A stretch of DNA of 64,000 nucleotides from positions 160,001 to 224,000 of the forward strand of contig CAWBHS010000087.1 of NCBI GenBank assembly GCA_963788655.1, written 5' to 3'. Position numbers and translations under genes: made by a program. Position 1 is the stretch's first letter, and each line of letters starts with the position of its first letter. Below the pieces are notes generated by a model. The model had not been told where the DNA came from and ran no database searches. It saw nothing but the letters and a program-made list of their open reading frames with translations. Shown in pieces: positions 1 to 9,304 of the stretch. Source of the stretch: an uncultured Verrucomicrobiae bacterium. Lineage in GTDB: Bacteria; Verrucomicrobiota; Verrucomicrobiia; Limisphaerales; JAFGQR01.

Positions 1-590
1 TGTTCGACGGCTTCCTCGAGCGGCTTGTAATGGCGGCTCATCAGACCGCCGGCGATCTTGAGATTCTTCTTCTTCGCTTCTTCGCCAAGGGCCAGCACGT
101 GCCGGATGCCGGGGCCATCGACGGCAAACGATTTTTCCATGAACACGTTGATCCCTTTCTTCACGGCGTAATCGAGGTGAATGTGGCGGAACGCGGGCGG
201 GGTGGTGAGCAGCACCACGTCACCCTTGTCGAGCGTATCAATGGCCTTCTTAAACGCGTCCAGACCGATAAATTCGCGGTCGCGCGCCACGTCCACCTTT
301 TGGTCCAATCGCTGCTTGAGCTGGCTGAGACAGCCGGAAAGCCGATTGTCGAATACGTCGGCCGCGGCCCACAACTTGGTGGGGCCGGTGGTCGAAAGGG
401 CCTGCGCCGCGGCGCCGGTGCCGCGCCCGCCGCAACCGACGATGGCGATCTTGATGGTGTTGTTCTCGGCCGCGTAACCCGGACGGGCGATCGCGCCGGC
501 CAACGCGGCGCCCGCCACCGCTTTACTGGAGGTCTTCAGAAATTCCCGACGGGTGGTGGGTGAGGATGAGGTGCTATGGGTGGAGTTCAT
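1..590 (-). CDS. Gfo/Idh/MocA-family oxidoreductase with Tat signal (runs off the window start)
   Basis: Manual translation from ATG at 590: MNSTHSTSSSPTTRREFLKTSS...IKIAIVGCGGRGTGAA...LLTTPPAFRHIH...VFMEKS. Shows twin-arginine RREFL, Rossmann GCGGRG and the EK motif. Absent from the ORF track because it has no stop in the window. Confidence 0.9.
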   Translation of the reverse strand, partial: MNSTHSTSSSPTTRREFLKTSSKAVAGAALAGAIARPGYAAENNTIKIAIVGCGGRGTGAAAQALSTTGPTKLWAAADVFDNRLSGCLSQLKQRLDQKVDVARDREFIGLDAFKKAIDTLDKGDVVLLTTPPAFRHIHLDYAVKKGINVFMEKSFAVDGPGIRHVLALGEEAKKKNLKIAGGLMSRHYKPLEEAVE

Positions 591-829
591 GTCAAAATAC
601 TTTCCGGTTAAGGACGCACTACACATTGTTTATTAAGATTCGACCGATCATTTCGCAGTTGGGCCACGCTGGCAAGCGCGTTTCGTGGTCGTGGGTGATC
701 GTCGTTTGGTTTCCGACGAACCAACGCGGCGGTTTATTCGGCGGACCATTCGATACGGTGCCGCCAGTTGCTCCGTCATTCGCGTCGTTCGCCACTCGGT
801 ATTTCGGTCTGTCATGGCGCCGCGGAGCC

Positions 830-2719
830 TCACCATTCTTCCAACGGTTTGAGTTGCGGCGGCGGGATGGAATTGGCTTCGCCTTCTTTCAAGGGAGTCA
901 GCAGCACTGCCAGGCGGAGCGATTTCGCGTCTTCGATATGAATCGCCAGTTTGCGGTAGCGGCTATTGCTCGCTTGTCGCGGCGGATTGGGCGAACTCGG
1001 TAGTGGTTCCGCCGGCATGACCTTGAATGTTGCGTTGGCCGGCGACACCAAGCGGGCCTCCAACCGCGCCGTTCCCTGGCGCAACATCGCCACCGTTCCC
1101 GCGTCATTGATTTCCACCGTTGCGGGCGTACAGAAGAACCACCAAAGCTCCGCCGGTTGGTCGGCTTGCACTTCATCCTGCACCAGCACTTGGCGGCGGT
1201 CGAGCAGCGCGAGGCCACGTTCCACCCGATTGGCTTGTCCGGAGTAGGCGCGGGTGAGATCGGCCACAGCCACTGCGCGCTCTGGGGTGGTCACAAACTT
1301 CACAATTGGCGCCACCGCCCGGGGATTCTGGTCGGGAGCTTTCCCCGGATTAATGAGCAGCGTATTGTGGCTCTCGGCGCGCAGACGGTAGTAGTTCCAA
1401 CGCTGGTTGCCGAAGTAGGCGGGCAGGTTGTAATTGTCTGAACCCAAGTCCACGGCCCAGCGCGTGCCGAGCGCCTCCAGGATGAACGAGCCCAGATCCA
1501 GATGACTGTGATTGGCCTTGTTGTCCCCCGCTTTCAGCCCAACAAACAGCGCGTTCGGATCATCCCAGGCACTGCGCAAGGTCACGACTTCCGCGTGGCG
1601 ATAGTATTTATCGAGCGGCGGCGAAGTGGCCGGCGGACGAGCGAGCGCAGCATCGTACCAAAGCAAATCAAGCGGATGCGCCCGAGCCACCTGGCGTTGG
1701 TACCAGGCGTACTCGGGATGGTTGAACTTCCGCGCCAGCCAAAACAATACCGGATCGCGGATGACGCCTTCGTGGGAATCGGCATAGTTGAATGAACGCC
1801 CGCTGGGGCCTGAGGCATAGATGGGGAATGAGCCCGCTTCGGAAAAACCCTGAATGCCCGTCAAGCCGAAGTCGGTGCCGAGTGCGGTTTGCAGGGCGGC
1901 GAGCAAGGTCACATTGTAAGTGGTCGCGTAGCTCCAATATCCCGGGCCTTCGGCCCAAGCGCCATCCGGCCCGTATTCGACCATGGCGAGCTGGATGGAT
2001 TTCAGGGCGGCCGACAGGAATTGCCCGGCCAATTTCGGTTCTACGTCCGCCAAGGCGAGCGCGCCCATGCCGATGCCGCCGTTGCAAACCTGATTCCAAT
2101 TGTGGTGCGCCTTGGCCCACCACCGGCCTTCAACGTGAACCTGCAATCCCAGCTTGATACCCTTCTCGACCATCGCGGTGCGCAAGGTGGTGCGTTGGGC
2201 TTCGGTCCAAGCGTCGTAGAGCCAGTCGTAAGCGATGGCAAAGGCATGGGTCATTTCGGCGGTATCGAGGAAATGGCGCGGGTTCCAGTCGGGGAAGTTC
2301 GCGGCGGCGTTTAGTTCCTGCCACAGACGTTCCTGGTAGCGCCGGTCGCCGTCGAGCCGATAAAGCAGGCCCAGCGTGTAGGTGCGTTGCAACACGCGGC
2401 GGCTGGTGGCGAGCAAGCGGAGGCCATCGGGAATTTCGTATTTGGACGGCGATTGCGTGATGATCCGGTCACCGTTGGCGCGCAACTCCGCGTGCCATTT
2501 CTTCAAGAGTTCGTCCGACTGAATCCGTTGCTTGAGGGCTGCGAAGTCTGCCGTGGAAGCCAGCAGCCGCGGGTGTTCGGGTTTGAGCGTTTTGAGAATC
2601 TGCTCCGCGGACGGAATCGGGACGGGCGTCGAAGGTTTGACACTACCGGGTGCCGCCCGCACAGAGAAGGTACAGGACAACACCAGCAAAAGAGTGGGCA
2701 ATACGGGGCGTATGTTCAT
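830..2719 (-). CDS. Secreted heparinase II/III-family polysaccharide lyase-like protein
   Basis: Signal peptide; HPRLL N-terminal motif; HHNWNQVCNGG, WAEGPGYWSY, NHSHLDLGSF and HNTLLIN motifs typical of alpha/alpha-toroid plus Hepar_II_III proteins. Confidence 0.85.
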   Translation of the reverse strand: MNIRPVLPTLLLVLSCTFSVRAAPGSVKPSTPVPIPSAEQILKTLKPEHPRLLASTADFAALKQRIQSDELLKKWHAELRANGDRIITQSPSKYEIPDGLRLLATSRRVLQRTYTLGLLYRLDGDRRYQERLWQELNAAANFPDWNPRHFLDTAEMTHAFAIAYDWLYDAWTEAQRTTLRTAMVEKGIKLGLQVHVEGRWWAKAHHNWNQVCNGGIGMGALALADVEPKLAGQFLSAALKSIQLAMVEYGPDGAWAEGPGYWSYATTYNVTLLAALQTALGTDFGLTGIQGFSEAGSFPIYASGPSGRSFNYADSHEGVIRDPVLFWLARKFNHPEYAWYQRQVARAHPLDLLWYDAALARPPATSPPLDKYYRHAEVVTLRSAWDDPNALFVGLKAGDNKANHSHLDLGSFILEALGTRWAVDLGSDNYNLPAYFGNQRWNYYRLRAESHNTLLINPGKAPDQNPRAVAPIVKFVTTPERAVAVADLTRAYSGQANRVERGLALLDRRQVLVQDEVQADQPAELWWFFCTPATVEINDAGTVAMLRQGTARLEARLVSPANATFKVMPAEPLPSSPNPPRQASNSRYRKLAIHIEDAKSLRLAVLLTPLKEGEANSIPPPQLKPLEEW

Positions 2720-2855
2720 GTTGAGTTAGATGGAAACAGGCGGCGGAAATTCAATGGAAGGGGATGAAAGGGACTGATCGCACCAATTGGATTGCAGGAC
2801 CAACGAACCCGGCACGGGCCGAAGAACGGGCGCGCATTTGGGTGGTGGCTATCGC

Positions 2856-3060
2856 GCCTAAACCGTATTCATTCAGGCTGGAGCAGCGATGACGCGCTTC
2901 GGCGCGGCAGGACAGGCGTCTCGTCGGTCTTGAAATAGACGAGCGCTTTCCTCACTATTTGGTAACGTATAGAAAGTTTGGACGCTGTAACCCAAATCCC
3001 TGGCTTGCGGCCGTTCGAGACCGGCGGGACGCCTGTCCTGCTGAACGGTTACGGTTAGGC
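2856..3060. mobile_element. MITE-like element with imperfect terminal inverted repeats enclosing an inverted REP-like doublet
   Basis: Termini gcctaaaccgtattcattcag (2856-2876) and ctgaacggttacggttaggc (3041-3060). Inner arms gcaggacaggcgtctcgtcggtcttgaa (2907-2934) and ttcgagaccggcgggacgcctgtcctgc (3014-3041). A related left end recurs at 40362. Confidence 0.65.
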
Positions 3061-3112
3061 CGCACCCTAAGTGCGCTTGTTTGCTGACTCAATTCGACTG
3101 TTATTTGGTAAA

Positions 3113-4618
3113 ATGAAATCAATGAACCGATTCTCTCAATTGTCCTCGAAGAAAACCGCCGGTTTGCTGACGCTCTTGCTTTTGCTTGGGCTGGTACTTC
3201 CGGTGCGGGCCGAAGATTACGTTGCCCACACCTTCACGAACGCCACCGGGCAGACGCTGCCGTACCGTTTGTTGGAGCCGAAAGCGGAGTTCAAAAATCA
3301 ACCGGTCCCGCTGGTGCTCTTCTTCCATGGCGCCGGCGAACGCGGCACCGACAACGCAGCGCAACTCAGGCATGGCACCGGCCTTTTTGCCCGGCCGGCA
3401 AACCGTGAACAATATCCGTGCTACGTATTGGCGCCGCAATGCCCGCCGAACCAACAATGGGTGGATATGCCCTGGGGAACCGAATCGGGCGCGCGTCCCG
3501 CGCAACCCAGCGCCGCCATGTCGCTCGCGCTCGAAATTCTCGACCAGGTCATCCGGGACCATTCTGTTGATACCAACCGGCTGTACGTCACCGGCCTGTC
3601 GATGGGCGGCTATGCCACGTGGGATTGTCTGACGCGCTTTCCCGGGCGGTTCGCCGCGGCGGTGCCGATTTGTGGGGGCGGCGCTGAAAAGACCGTCACG
3701 GCAGCCGTCGCCAAGGTGCCGGTTTGGGCGTTTCATTCCGACGATGATCCCGTGGTGAAGGTCGCTCGCACGCGCCACATGATTCAGGCCCTGCGTGATG
3801 CGGGCGGCCACCCGAAGTATTTCGAGTATTGGGGGCTCGGCCATGGCTCATGGGGGCGCGCCTACGACGAGCCCGAGTTGTTGGCCTGGATGTTCGCCCA
3901 ACGCCTCAGCCAACCGGACACCTACACCCTCAAGACCCCCGCGCCTGAAAAGCCGGAGGTGGCTCGCTTCCCAAATGATTCCGAGTTTCCGGGCCAAGGC
4001 CCGATCCGCAAATGGGACTGGTTCCGCAAGCTGTGGAGCGAGCGGCGCCTGAAATGGTGGCAGAACCGTGAGAAAGACCACGGGGCGGTTGTGTTTCTGG
4101 GCGATTCCATCATGCAAGGCTGGGGCAGCCTGGCCAAGGATTTCCCGAACTTCAAAGTGGCCAATCGCGGTATCAGCGGCGACGTGACGCGCGGAGTCCT
4201 GTACCGTTTGAAAGAAGACGTGCTTGATCTCGATCCGGCTGCCGTCGTGTTATTGATCGGGACGAATGACCTGGAAGACAATGGTGATCCGGCCGTGATC
4301 GTCGAGAACATCCGCACCATTCTCGCTCGGCTGACGGAGCACAATCCCAAGCTGCCGGTCATTGTGTGTAACGTGATGCCCAGCGACGCCAGCAAGCACC
4401 GTCCGGCCGACAAGATTCAACAGATTAACGCGCGTTTGGACAAAATCGTGGCTACCGATCCACAACTCATCGAATGTGACACCTACGCACTCTTTGCCAA
4501 CGACCAAGGTAACGCCACGAAAGCCGAATTCCCGGATCTGCTGCACCCGAACGCTGCCGGTTATGCCAAATGGGCGCAAGCACTGCGGCCCCTGCTGGCG
4601 AAACTGAATCTGAAGTAG
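3113..4618 (+). CDS. Secreted fusion of alpha/beta-hydrolase (phospholipase/carboxylesterase type) and SGNH/GDSL esterase
   Basis: Signal peptide; HGAGERG, GLSMGG and FHSDDD...GHGSW, then FLGDS, GISGD, IGTND and DLLHP. Start moved to ATG 3113 (3122 also possible). Confidence 0.85.
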   Translation: MKSMNRFSQLSSKKTAGLLTLLLLLGLVLPVRAEDYVAHTFTNATGQTLPYRLLEPKAEFKNQPVPLVLFFHGAGERGTDNAAQLRHGTGLFARPANREQYPCYVLAPQCPPNQQWVDMPWGTESGARPAQPSAAMSLALEILDQVIRDHSVDTNRLYVTGLSMGGYATWDCLTRFPGRFAAAVPICGGGAEKTVTAAVAKVPVWAFHSDDDPVVKVARTRHMIQALRDAGGHPKYFEYWGLGHGSWGRAYDEPELLAWMFAQRLSQPDTYTLKTPAPEKPEVARFPNDSEFPGQGPIRKWDWFRKLWSERRLKWWQNREKDHGAVVFLGDSIMQGWGSLAKDFPNFKVANRGISGDVTRGVLYRLKEDVLDLDPAAVVLLIGTNDLEDNGDPAVIVENIRTILARLTEHNPKLPVIVCNVMPSDASKHRPADKIQQINARLDKIVATDPQLIECDTYALFANDQGNATKAEFPDLLHPNAAGYAKWAQALRPLLAKLNLK

Positions 4619-4846
4619 CGGTTTTAGGTTCGGCAACAATCGAATGGGTTCGAGAGAAACCTCATGACCTTTCGCGATTCGAGACAGACGTTCTCGGTTG
4701 TCTTGAAGATCCCGAAACCGTCATCGGCATTGGCGAGTAATGTCGAAACGGGTTTCCCTGGACCGTCGGAACTCCTGTTATCCTTTATGGAACTGGGCGC
4801 CAAAAGTAATCTATTCACCAAAGAGGACGCCGCGCAAAGGCATGGT

Positions 4847-6778
4847 TCATTCACCCAACAGCTTGACCAACATCGGCTCAATCGCTTTGGCCAGCACGGC
4901 ATATCCCCGGGCGGTAGGGTGCAGGTAGTCAGCCATCAGTTCGGCTGGAATGCTGCCGTCGGGATTAACGAACTGTTGGCCAATGTCTAGGTAAGTCACG
5001 TTGGCATGCCCTTCCAGTTTGGCAATTCCTGTATTGACGTCCGCCAGCTTTGCCCGGTGGGCGTCCGGGTGCGGCGAACGCGGCAAAATGCCGAGCAGCA
5101 GTATCTTTGTTTGCGGGAGGCAGCGGTGTAATTCGTTACAAAGCGCGCGGATACCCTCGACGATTTCCTCGGGAGTGTTCACGTCGAGATTGTTGGTGCC
5201 GATCAGGACCACGGCCACCTTCGGGGTGGCGTGGTCGAGTTCGCCGTGCCGCAGTCGCCAGAGCACGTTCTCGGTGCGATCCCAACCAAAACCCAGGTTG
5301 ACCGTATTGCGGGGGGCATAGAACTTCTGCCAGACCTCACCGCCATTCACGATCCGGGCGCGAGGTTCGCCGCCGAAAAAATGGGTAATGGAATCGCCAA
5401 TGAACACCAGAGCCGGTTGGCGCTCACGAACAAGCGCGCAGACGGCGGCATGGCGCGCCGGCCAGTCGTAGTTGCGCCAGTCGCGGTTCTGCGTCATGGG
5501 CAGCATGACCGAAGGCGGTCGAACCGGCGCGACTCCCCGCGTAGTGATAGACGAGAAATCAACGCTGGCCACCGGACCGTTGGCTTTATCGTCCGGGGTA
5601 AAGGCCCGCGCCTTGACGGTGCCTTGGTAAGGAAACGGGATCGGCGCGAGATACGCTCCCGCGTCCCGTTGCGGTTCGGAACCATCCAAGGTGTAGCGCA
5701 CGGTAAGATGGGCGGCGATGCACGTGAGGGTTACGTTCCCCTGTTCGTCGCGTTGAATCTCCGGCGCCGGCAACGCGCTGGTCAGGTCGTGGATCCTGGC
5801 TTCCAGATCGTCCGCCCGTTCTTGGGCTTCGGGCAGTGGCAGGCCCCGGTTCATGCCGGGACGCCGGTGGCCGACGGCGGTCAGCCAGGCATCTTTCAGA
5901 AGGCGCTGGCGTTGTTGGACCAGCTTGAACACCGCCGCACCATTCGGCGAGCCGGCGAGCATCTCCTGGGGATTTTCCATGGCGGCGAACTTCCGCGTGG
6001 CCTCGAAATGTCCCAGTAATTGCCGGGCCATCAGCCAATGGCCGGCATCATTGGGGTGGACACCGTCGCCGGCGAAACGAAAACCGGGATCGTGCTGGCG
6101 CTGTTTCGTGAGGAATCGGTTCATGGGGCCGTGCAAATCGATCACCTCCCAGCCGTTGGTGCGTTGGGTTAGCAGCCAAGCGGAGTAGCGATCCAACACT
6201 TGATTGTAGCCTTCGTATGGACGGCGATATTCGGTCAGGCCGGCTGGCAGGGTTTTGCCTTGGAGCGGCAGCGGATCGAAGGTGGGCGGCGTCAGCCAAA
6301 TCAGGCGGGCTCCGGTTCGAGTGACTTGCTCGTGCAACCAGCGAACGCCGGACTGAAACTTATCAAATCGTTCTTCGCTAAACGGGTAGTAGATGCCGTC
6401 GTTCATTCCGTAGCAGGCGAAGACCACGTCCGGCTTGATTTGATGCAGCGCCCGGCTGAGTCGCTCGTGCAAATCCGGCCGTGGGAAGGCGCCCCCAGCA
6501 TGGCCCGGCTCCGTCAGGCCGGACACCGTTTCGCTGGGCAATCCGAGGTTGATGAGCTCGAACGGACGATGATCCGGCAGCAACCGCAGGGCGGTTTCGA
6601 AATACTCCACGTATTGGCCGCTGTAAGTGATGCTGTCGCCGAGGAAGAGGATGCGGCCATTCGGCGCCGCTGGTTCCGCGGCAGCCAGGGGTACCGACAC
6701 CGTGAACAGCAGCAGAGCCAATTGAAATGGCGCAAGCTTCGTCGCTTGCCTTGGGCTTCCACGCAGAATGGATTTCAT
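4847..6778 (-). CDS. Secreted tandem SGNH esterase: SGNH + chitobiase/Fn3-associated module + SGNH
   Basis: Two full SGNH motif sets (FLGDS/YGMND/DGVHP and FIGDS/IGTNN/DYLHP) separated by a YTLDGSEP...TVKARAF module. Start placed at MKSILR (6778) because the upstream ORF extension reads through a palindromic repeat. Confidence 0.85.
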   Translation of the reverse strand: MKSILRGSPRQATKLAPFQLALLLFTVSVPLAAAEPAAPNGRILFLGDSITYSGQYVEYFETALRLLPDHRPFELINLGLPSETVSGLTEPGHAGGAFPRPDLHERLSRALHQIKPDVVFACYGMNDGIYYPFSEERFDKFQSGVRWLHEQVTRTGARLIWLTPPTFDPLPLQGKTLPAGLTEYRRPYEGYNQVLDRYSAWLLTQRTNGWEVIDLHGPMNRFLTKQRQHDPGFRFAGDGVHPNDAGHWLMARQLLGHFEATRKFAAMENPQEMLAGSPNGAAVFKLVQQRQRLLKDAWLTAVGHRRPGMNRGLPLPEAQERADDLEARIHDLTSALPAPEIQRDEQGNVTLTCIAAHLTVRYTLDGSEPQRDAGAYLAPIPFPYQGTVKARAFTPDDKANGPVASVDFSSITTRGVAPVRPPSVMLPMTQNRDWRNYDWPARHAAVCALVRERQPALVFIGDSITHFFGGEPRARIVNGGEVWQKFYAPRNTVNLGFGWDRTENVLWRLRHGELDHATPKVAVVLIGTNNLDVNTPEEIVEGIRALCNELHRCLPQTKILLLGILPRSPHPDAHRAKLADVNTGIAKLEGHANVTYLDIGQQFVNPDGSIPAELMADYLHPTARGYAVLAKAIEPMLVKLLGE

Positions 6779-6841
6779 GATTCGCAGCAAAATAGGCGGA
6801 TTGGGAAAGCTCAAGCTAAAACTAAGACTTGGATGGCTCAA

Positions 6842-6946
6842 TTCACCGCCAAGACACGTAGAGCGCAAAGGTATTAAATGGAATCCTTTGCGCTCTACGT
6901 GTCTTTGTGGTGAACCAAGCTGTGCTCTACGTGTCTTGGCGGTGAA
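6842..6946. repeat. Long palindromic intergenic repeat, three arms; second copy at 54205-54277
   Basis: ttcaccgccaagacacgtagagcgcaaagg pairs with cctttgcgctctacgtgtctttgtggtgaa, followed by an extra copy of the right arm (6923-6946). Confidence 0.85.
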
Positions 6947-7105
6947 CCAAGCTGTTCGCACGAGAGCGGGCATGCGGATTCGAATTAAACGTTCCCTCGA
7001 ACTGTCCAGCAGCTTCGAAACATCACATTCGACATTGTGCCCTAATGGCAACTAAACCGAATAACCCTTCACCCCTTACCCCTTCACCCGTTTGCGCCCG
7101 CCAGA

Positions 7106-8032
7106 TTACGTCAATCCCCTCCAGGGTTCAGTGGACTGAGCAGCAGCAGTCTGGAAGGCTTCTCGAAGTTTCTTCACGGCCGCCTCGGGCAGGGGCCCTT
7201 TGGCGGCGGCGCGCAGATTGGCTTCGGCGTTCTTCGGATTGGTAGTGCCGACGATGGCGGTGTGGACCCCGGGTTGGGCCAGAGTGAAGCGCAAGGCGAT
7301 CTCGGGCCAGACTTCCGCTGGTGGACCGTCGAATCCCAAATCCGCTGGGCTGAGTTTCATCTGCTGCAACCGCTCTTCGTAGGACTTCCCGTAGCCGTCA
7401 TAAATGCCGGGCCGGTTGGTATTCCAGGCAGCATTGGCGATGGGCCGTTTGGCGATGACCCCAATCTCCCGCTCGCGCGCGGGTGGCAACACGGCGTCAA
7501 GGTTGGCCTGGTCGCATACATTGATCGAGGTTTCGATGACCGCGATTTCCGCCAGATGGGCGCTGTAGGCGGCTTCCTCGTTGTCGCCCGAGTACCCGAT
7601 GCAGCGTACCTTGCCCGCGTCGCGAGCTTTGACCAGGGCGGCGAGGGCATCGACCTGCTTCAACACCGGCAGATCGCACGAGTGCAACAGCATCACATCC
7701 AGATGGTCGGTCCGCAGCCGGCGCAACGCGCGCTCCACGGTTTGGGTGATGAGTTCGGGCGACCATTCCGCGCCCGTCACGCCTTCCACCTGATGACCGC
7801 ACTTGCTGACCAGCACAAACTCGTCGCGCCGATGACCAACCGCCTTGCCGATAAGTTCCTCGGAGGCCTGGTAACACGCCGCGGTGTCGATCAGGTTCAC
7901 GCCGCGGTCCAGCAGCAGATTGAGAATCCGCTCCACCTGGCGTTGTTCGGCGTCCAAATACCCAATGGGTCCGGCGCCAAACCCGATGGGCGCCACCTCG
8001 AATCCTGTTTTTCCAAATGCTCTACGGTCCAT
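7106..8032 (-). CDS. Aldo/keto reductase
   Basis: GVNLIDTAACY, SKCG, LRRLRTDHLDVMLLH, GKVRCIGYS, IGVIAKRP, IVGTTN. Confidence 0.92.
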   Translation of the reverse strand: MDRRAFGKTGFEVAPIGFGAGPIGYLDAEQRQVERILNLLLDRGVNLIDTAACYQASEELIGKAVGHRRDEFVLVSKCGHQVEGVTGAEWSPELITQTVERALRRLRTDHLDVMLLHSCDLPVLKQVDALAALVKARDAGKVRCIGYSGDNEEAAYSAHLAEIAVIETSINVCDQANLDAVLPPAREREIGVIAKRPIANAAWNTNRPGIYDGYGKSYEERLQQMKLSPADLGFDGPPAEVWPEIALRFTLAQPGVHTAIVGTTNPKNAEANLRAAAKGPLPEAAVKKLREAFQTAAAQSTEPWRGLT

Positions 8033-8466
8033 AACCTTTTTATTATGGATGGATTAGCTGAGTTGGCAAGACCCAGTTGCGGGGGCGGGGGCAGATGGCC
8101 TCCTGGGCTGATGGCTGGCATGGAAGCGATCAGCGGTTTGGCCCCGAATCCGGATGCGGATTGGGTGGCGGATTACTGGATTGAAAAGACCGGGTTTTTG
8201 GACGAACGTAGTCCGGCGATGCCTCGCGCCGTGACTCAACGCCGCAGAGGTGTCACCGGAAAATGACAGAGGAAGCGTTCCTGGCGAGGCGGGAAAGGAC
8301 CATCGGTTTCTCACCCGCGCCTGCAGGGAATGGCGATCCGATTGGACACGATGAAGCAGCGCTCACAACTGGGGAACGTTCCGGGGCGTTCCGAGCGTGG
8401 CGGCCAGGATGGCTCAACCCTCCGCTGCCCGCGGCGCCCCGTAGCGCGATCAACCGCCTTCCGGCC

Positions 8467-9150
8467 ATGACCACAGCGGCCGTTACCAAACCCCATCGCG
8501 GCAAGGCTCGCCTCCTGTTGGTGGAGGATCATCCGGTGACGCGCGAGGGATTCGCCCAATTGATCAATTACCAGTCGGACCTCCGCGTTTGCGGCCAGGC
8601 CGGCCGTCCGGGCGAGGCCCTGGAGCAAATCGCCGCCACCCGACTGGATTTGGTGGTGGTGGATATCACCCTCGCGGGCGCTTGCGGGATCGATTTGACG
8701 AAGCAGATTCACAAGCGCTTTCCCGCGTTGCCGGTTCTGATTTTGTCGGCGCACGACGAGGAGTTTTACGCGGTGCGCGCTTTGCGCGCCGGGGCGCGCG
8801 GTTACGTCATGAAGTTGACGCCCACTGCCGAGATCCTGTCGGCCATCCGGCAGGTGCTGCGGGGGGAAGTGTATCTGAGCGATTTCATGAGTTCGCGCGT
8901 GTTGCGTCAATTGGTCAAAGACGGAACGCCGGTCCGCGTTTCGGAGATGGAAGCGCTGAGCGACCGGGAACTGGAAGTCTTCCGCCTGGTGGGCCAGGGC
9001 TGGGGCACCCGCCGCATTGCGCAAACGTTGCATGTCAGCGTCAGCACCATTGAGACCCATCGGGCGCACATCAAGGAGAAGCTCAACCTGCCCAGCGGCG
9101 CCGATTTGGTGCGGCGCGCCATCGAGTGGACCACCACGACGTCGCGCTGA
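8467..9150 (+). CDS. NarL/LuxR-family DNA-binding response regulator
   Basis: REC domain (VEDH...VVDITL...LSAH...GYVMK) plus LuxR HTH (LSDRELEVFRLVGQG...IETHRAHIKEKL). Start placed at MTTAAV. Confidence 0.93.
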   Translation: MTTAAVTKPHRGKARLLLVEDHPVTREGFAQLINYQSDLRVCGQAGRPGEALEQIAATRLDLVVVDITLAGACGIDLTKQIHKRFPALPVLILSAHDEEFYAVRALRAGARGYVMKLTPTAEILSAIRQVLRGEVYLSDFMSSRVLRQLVKDGTPVRVSEMEALSDRELEVFRLVGQGWGTRRIAQTLHVSVSTIETHRAHIKEKLNLPSGADLVRRAIEWTTTTSR

Positions 9151-9228
9151 TCGGGGTTCGCTTTGGTACGGAAGCTGGTTCCCGGTCCGCCGATTGCGTA
9201 AGCCCGCTAAGCCTGAGCGATGGCGGCC

Positions 9229-9296
9229 ATCGCGGATTCCACGACCATCAAAATCAGGGGCCGCACGATTGTTGCCCCCACCGGACGAGTTAGAAT
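9229..9296 (+). promoter_or_regulatory. Candidate promoter with two tandem imperfect palindromic boxes upstream of -35/-10
   Basis: atcgcggattccacga (9229-9244) and atcaggggccgcacgat (9253-9269), 24 bp apart, then ttgttg (9269-9274), a 16-bp spacer and tagaat (9291-9296). Confidence 0.3.
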
Positions 9297-9304
9297 ACGA
9301 GCCG

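Noticed and set aside
4670..4705. Possible further copy of the GACAGGC REP family
   Set aside because: Only ttcgagacagacg matches, and the hairpin and terminal tetranucleotide are missing.
6779..7051. Long N-terminal extensions in the ORF track (also 52481-52624, 59530-60144, 9017-9304, 8263-8466)
   Set aside because: They read through repeats or intergenic DNA. Downstream ATGs give proper signal peptides or domain starts.
6805..7090. Short 6-8 bp microrepeats (aagctc/aagcta/aaacta/aagact; cccttca/cccctta), with similar ones near 40500, 47203 and 61855
   Set aside because: Only 2-4 degenerate units each, too weak to call from this window alone.
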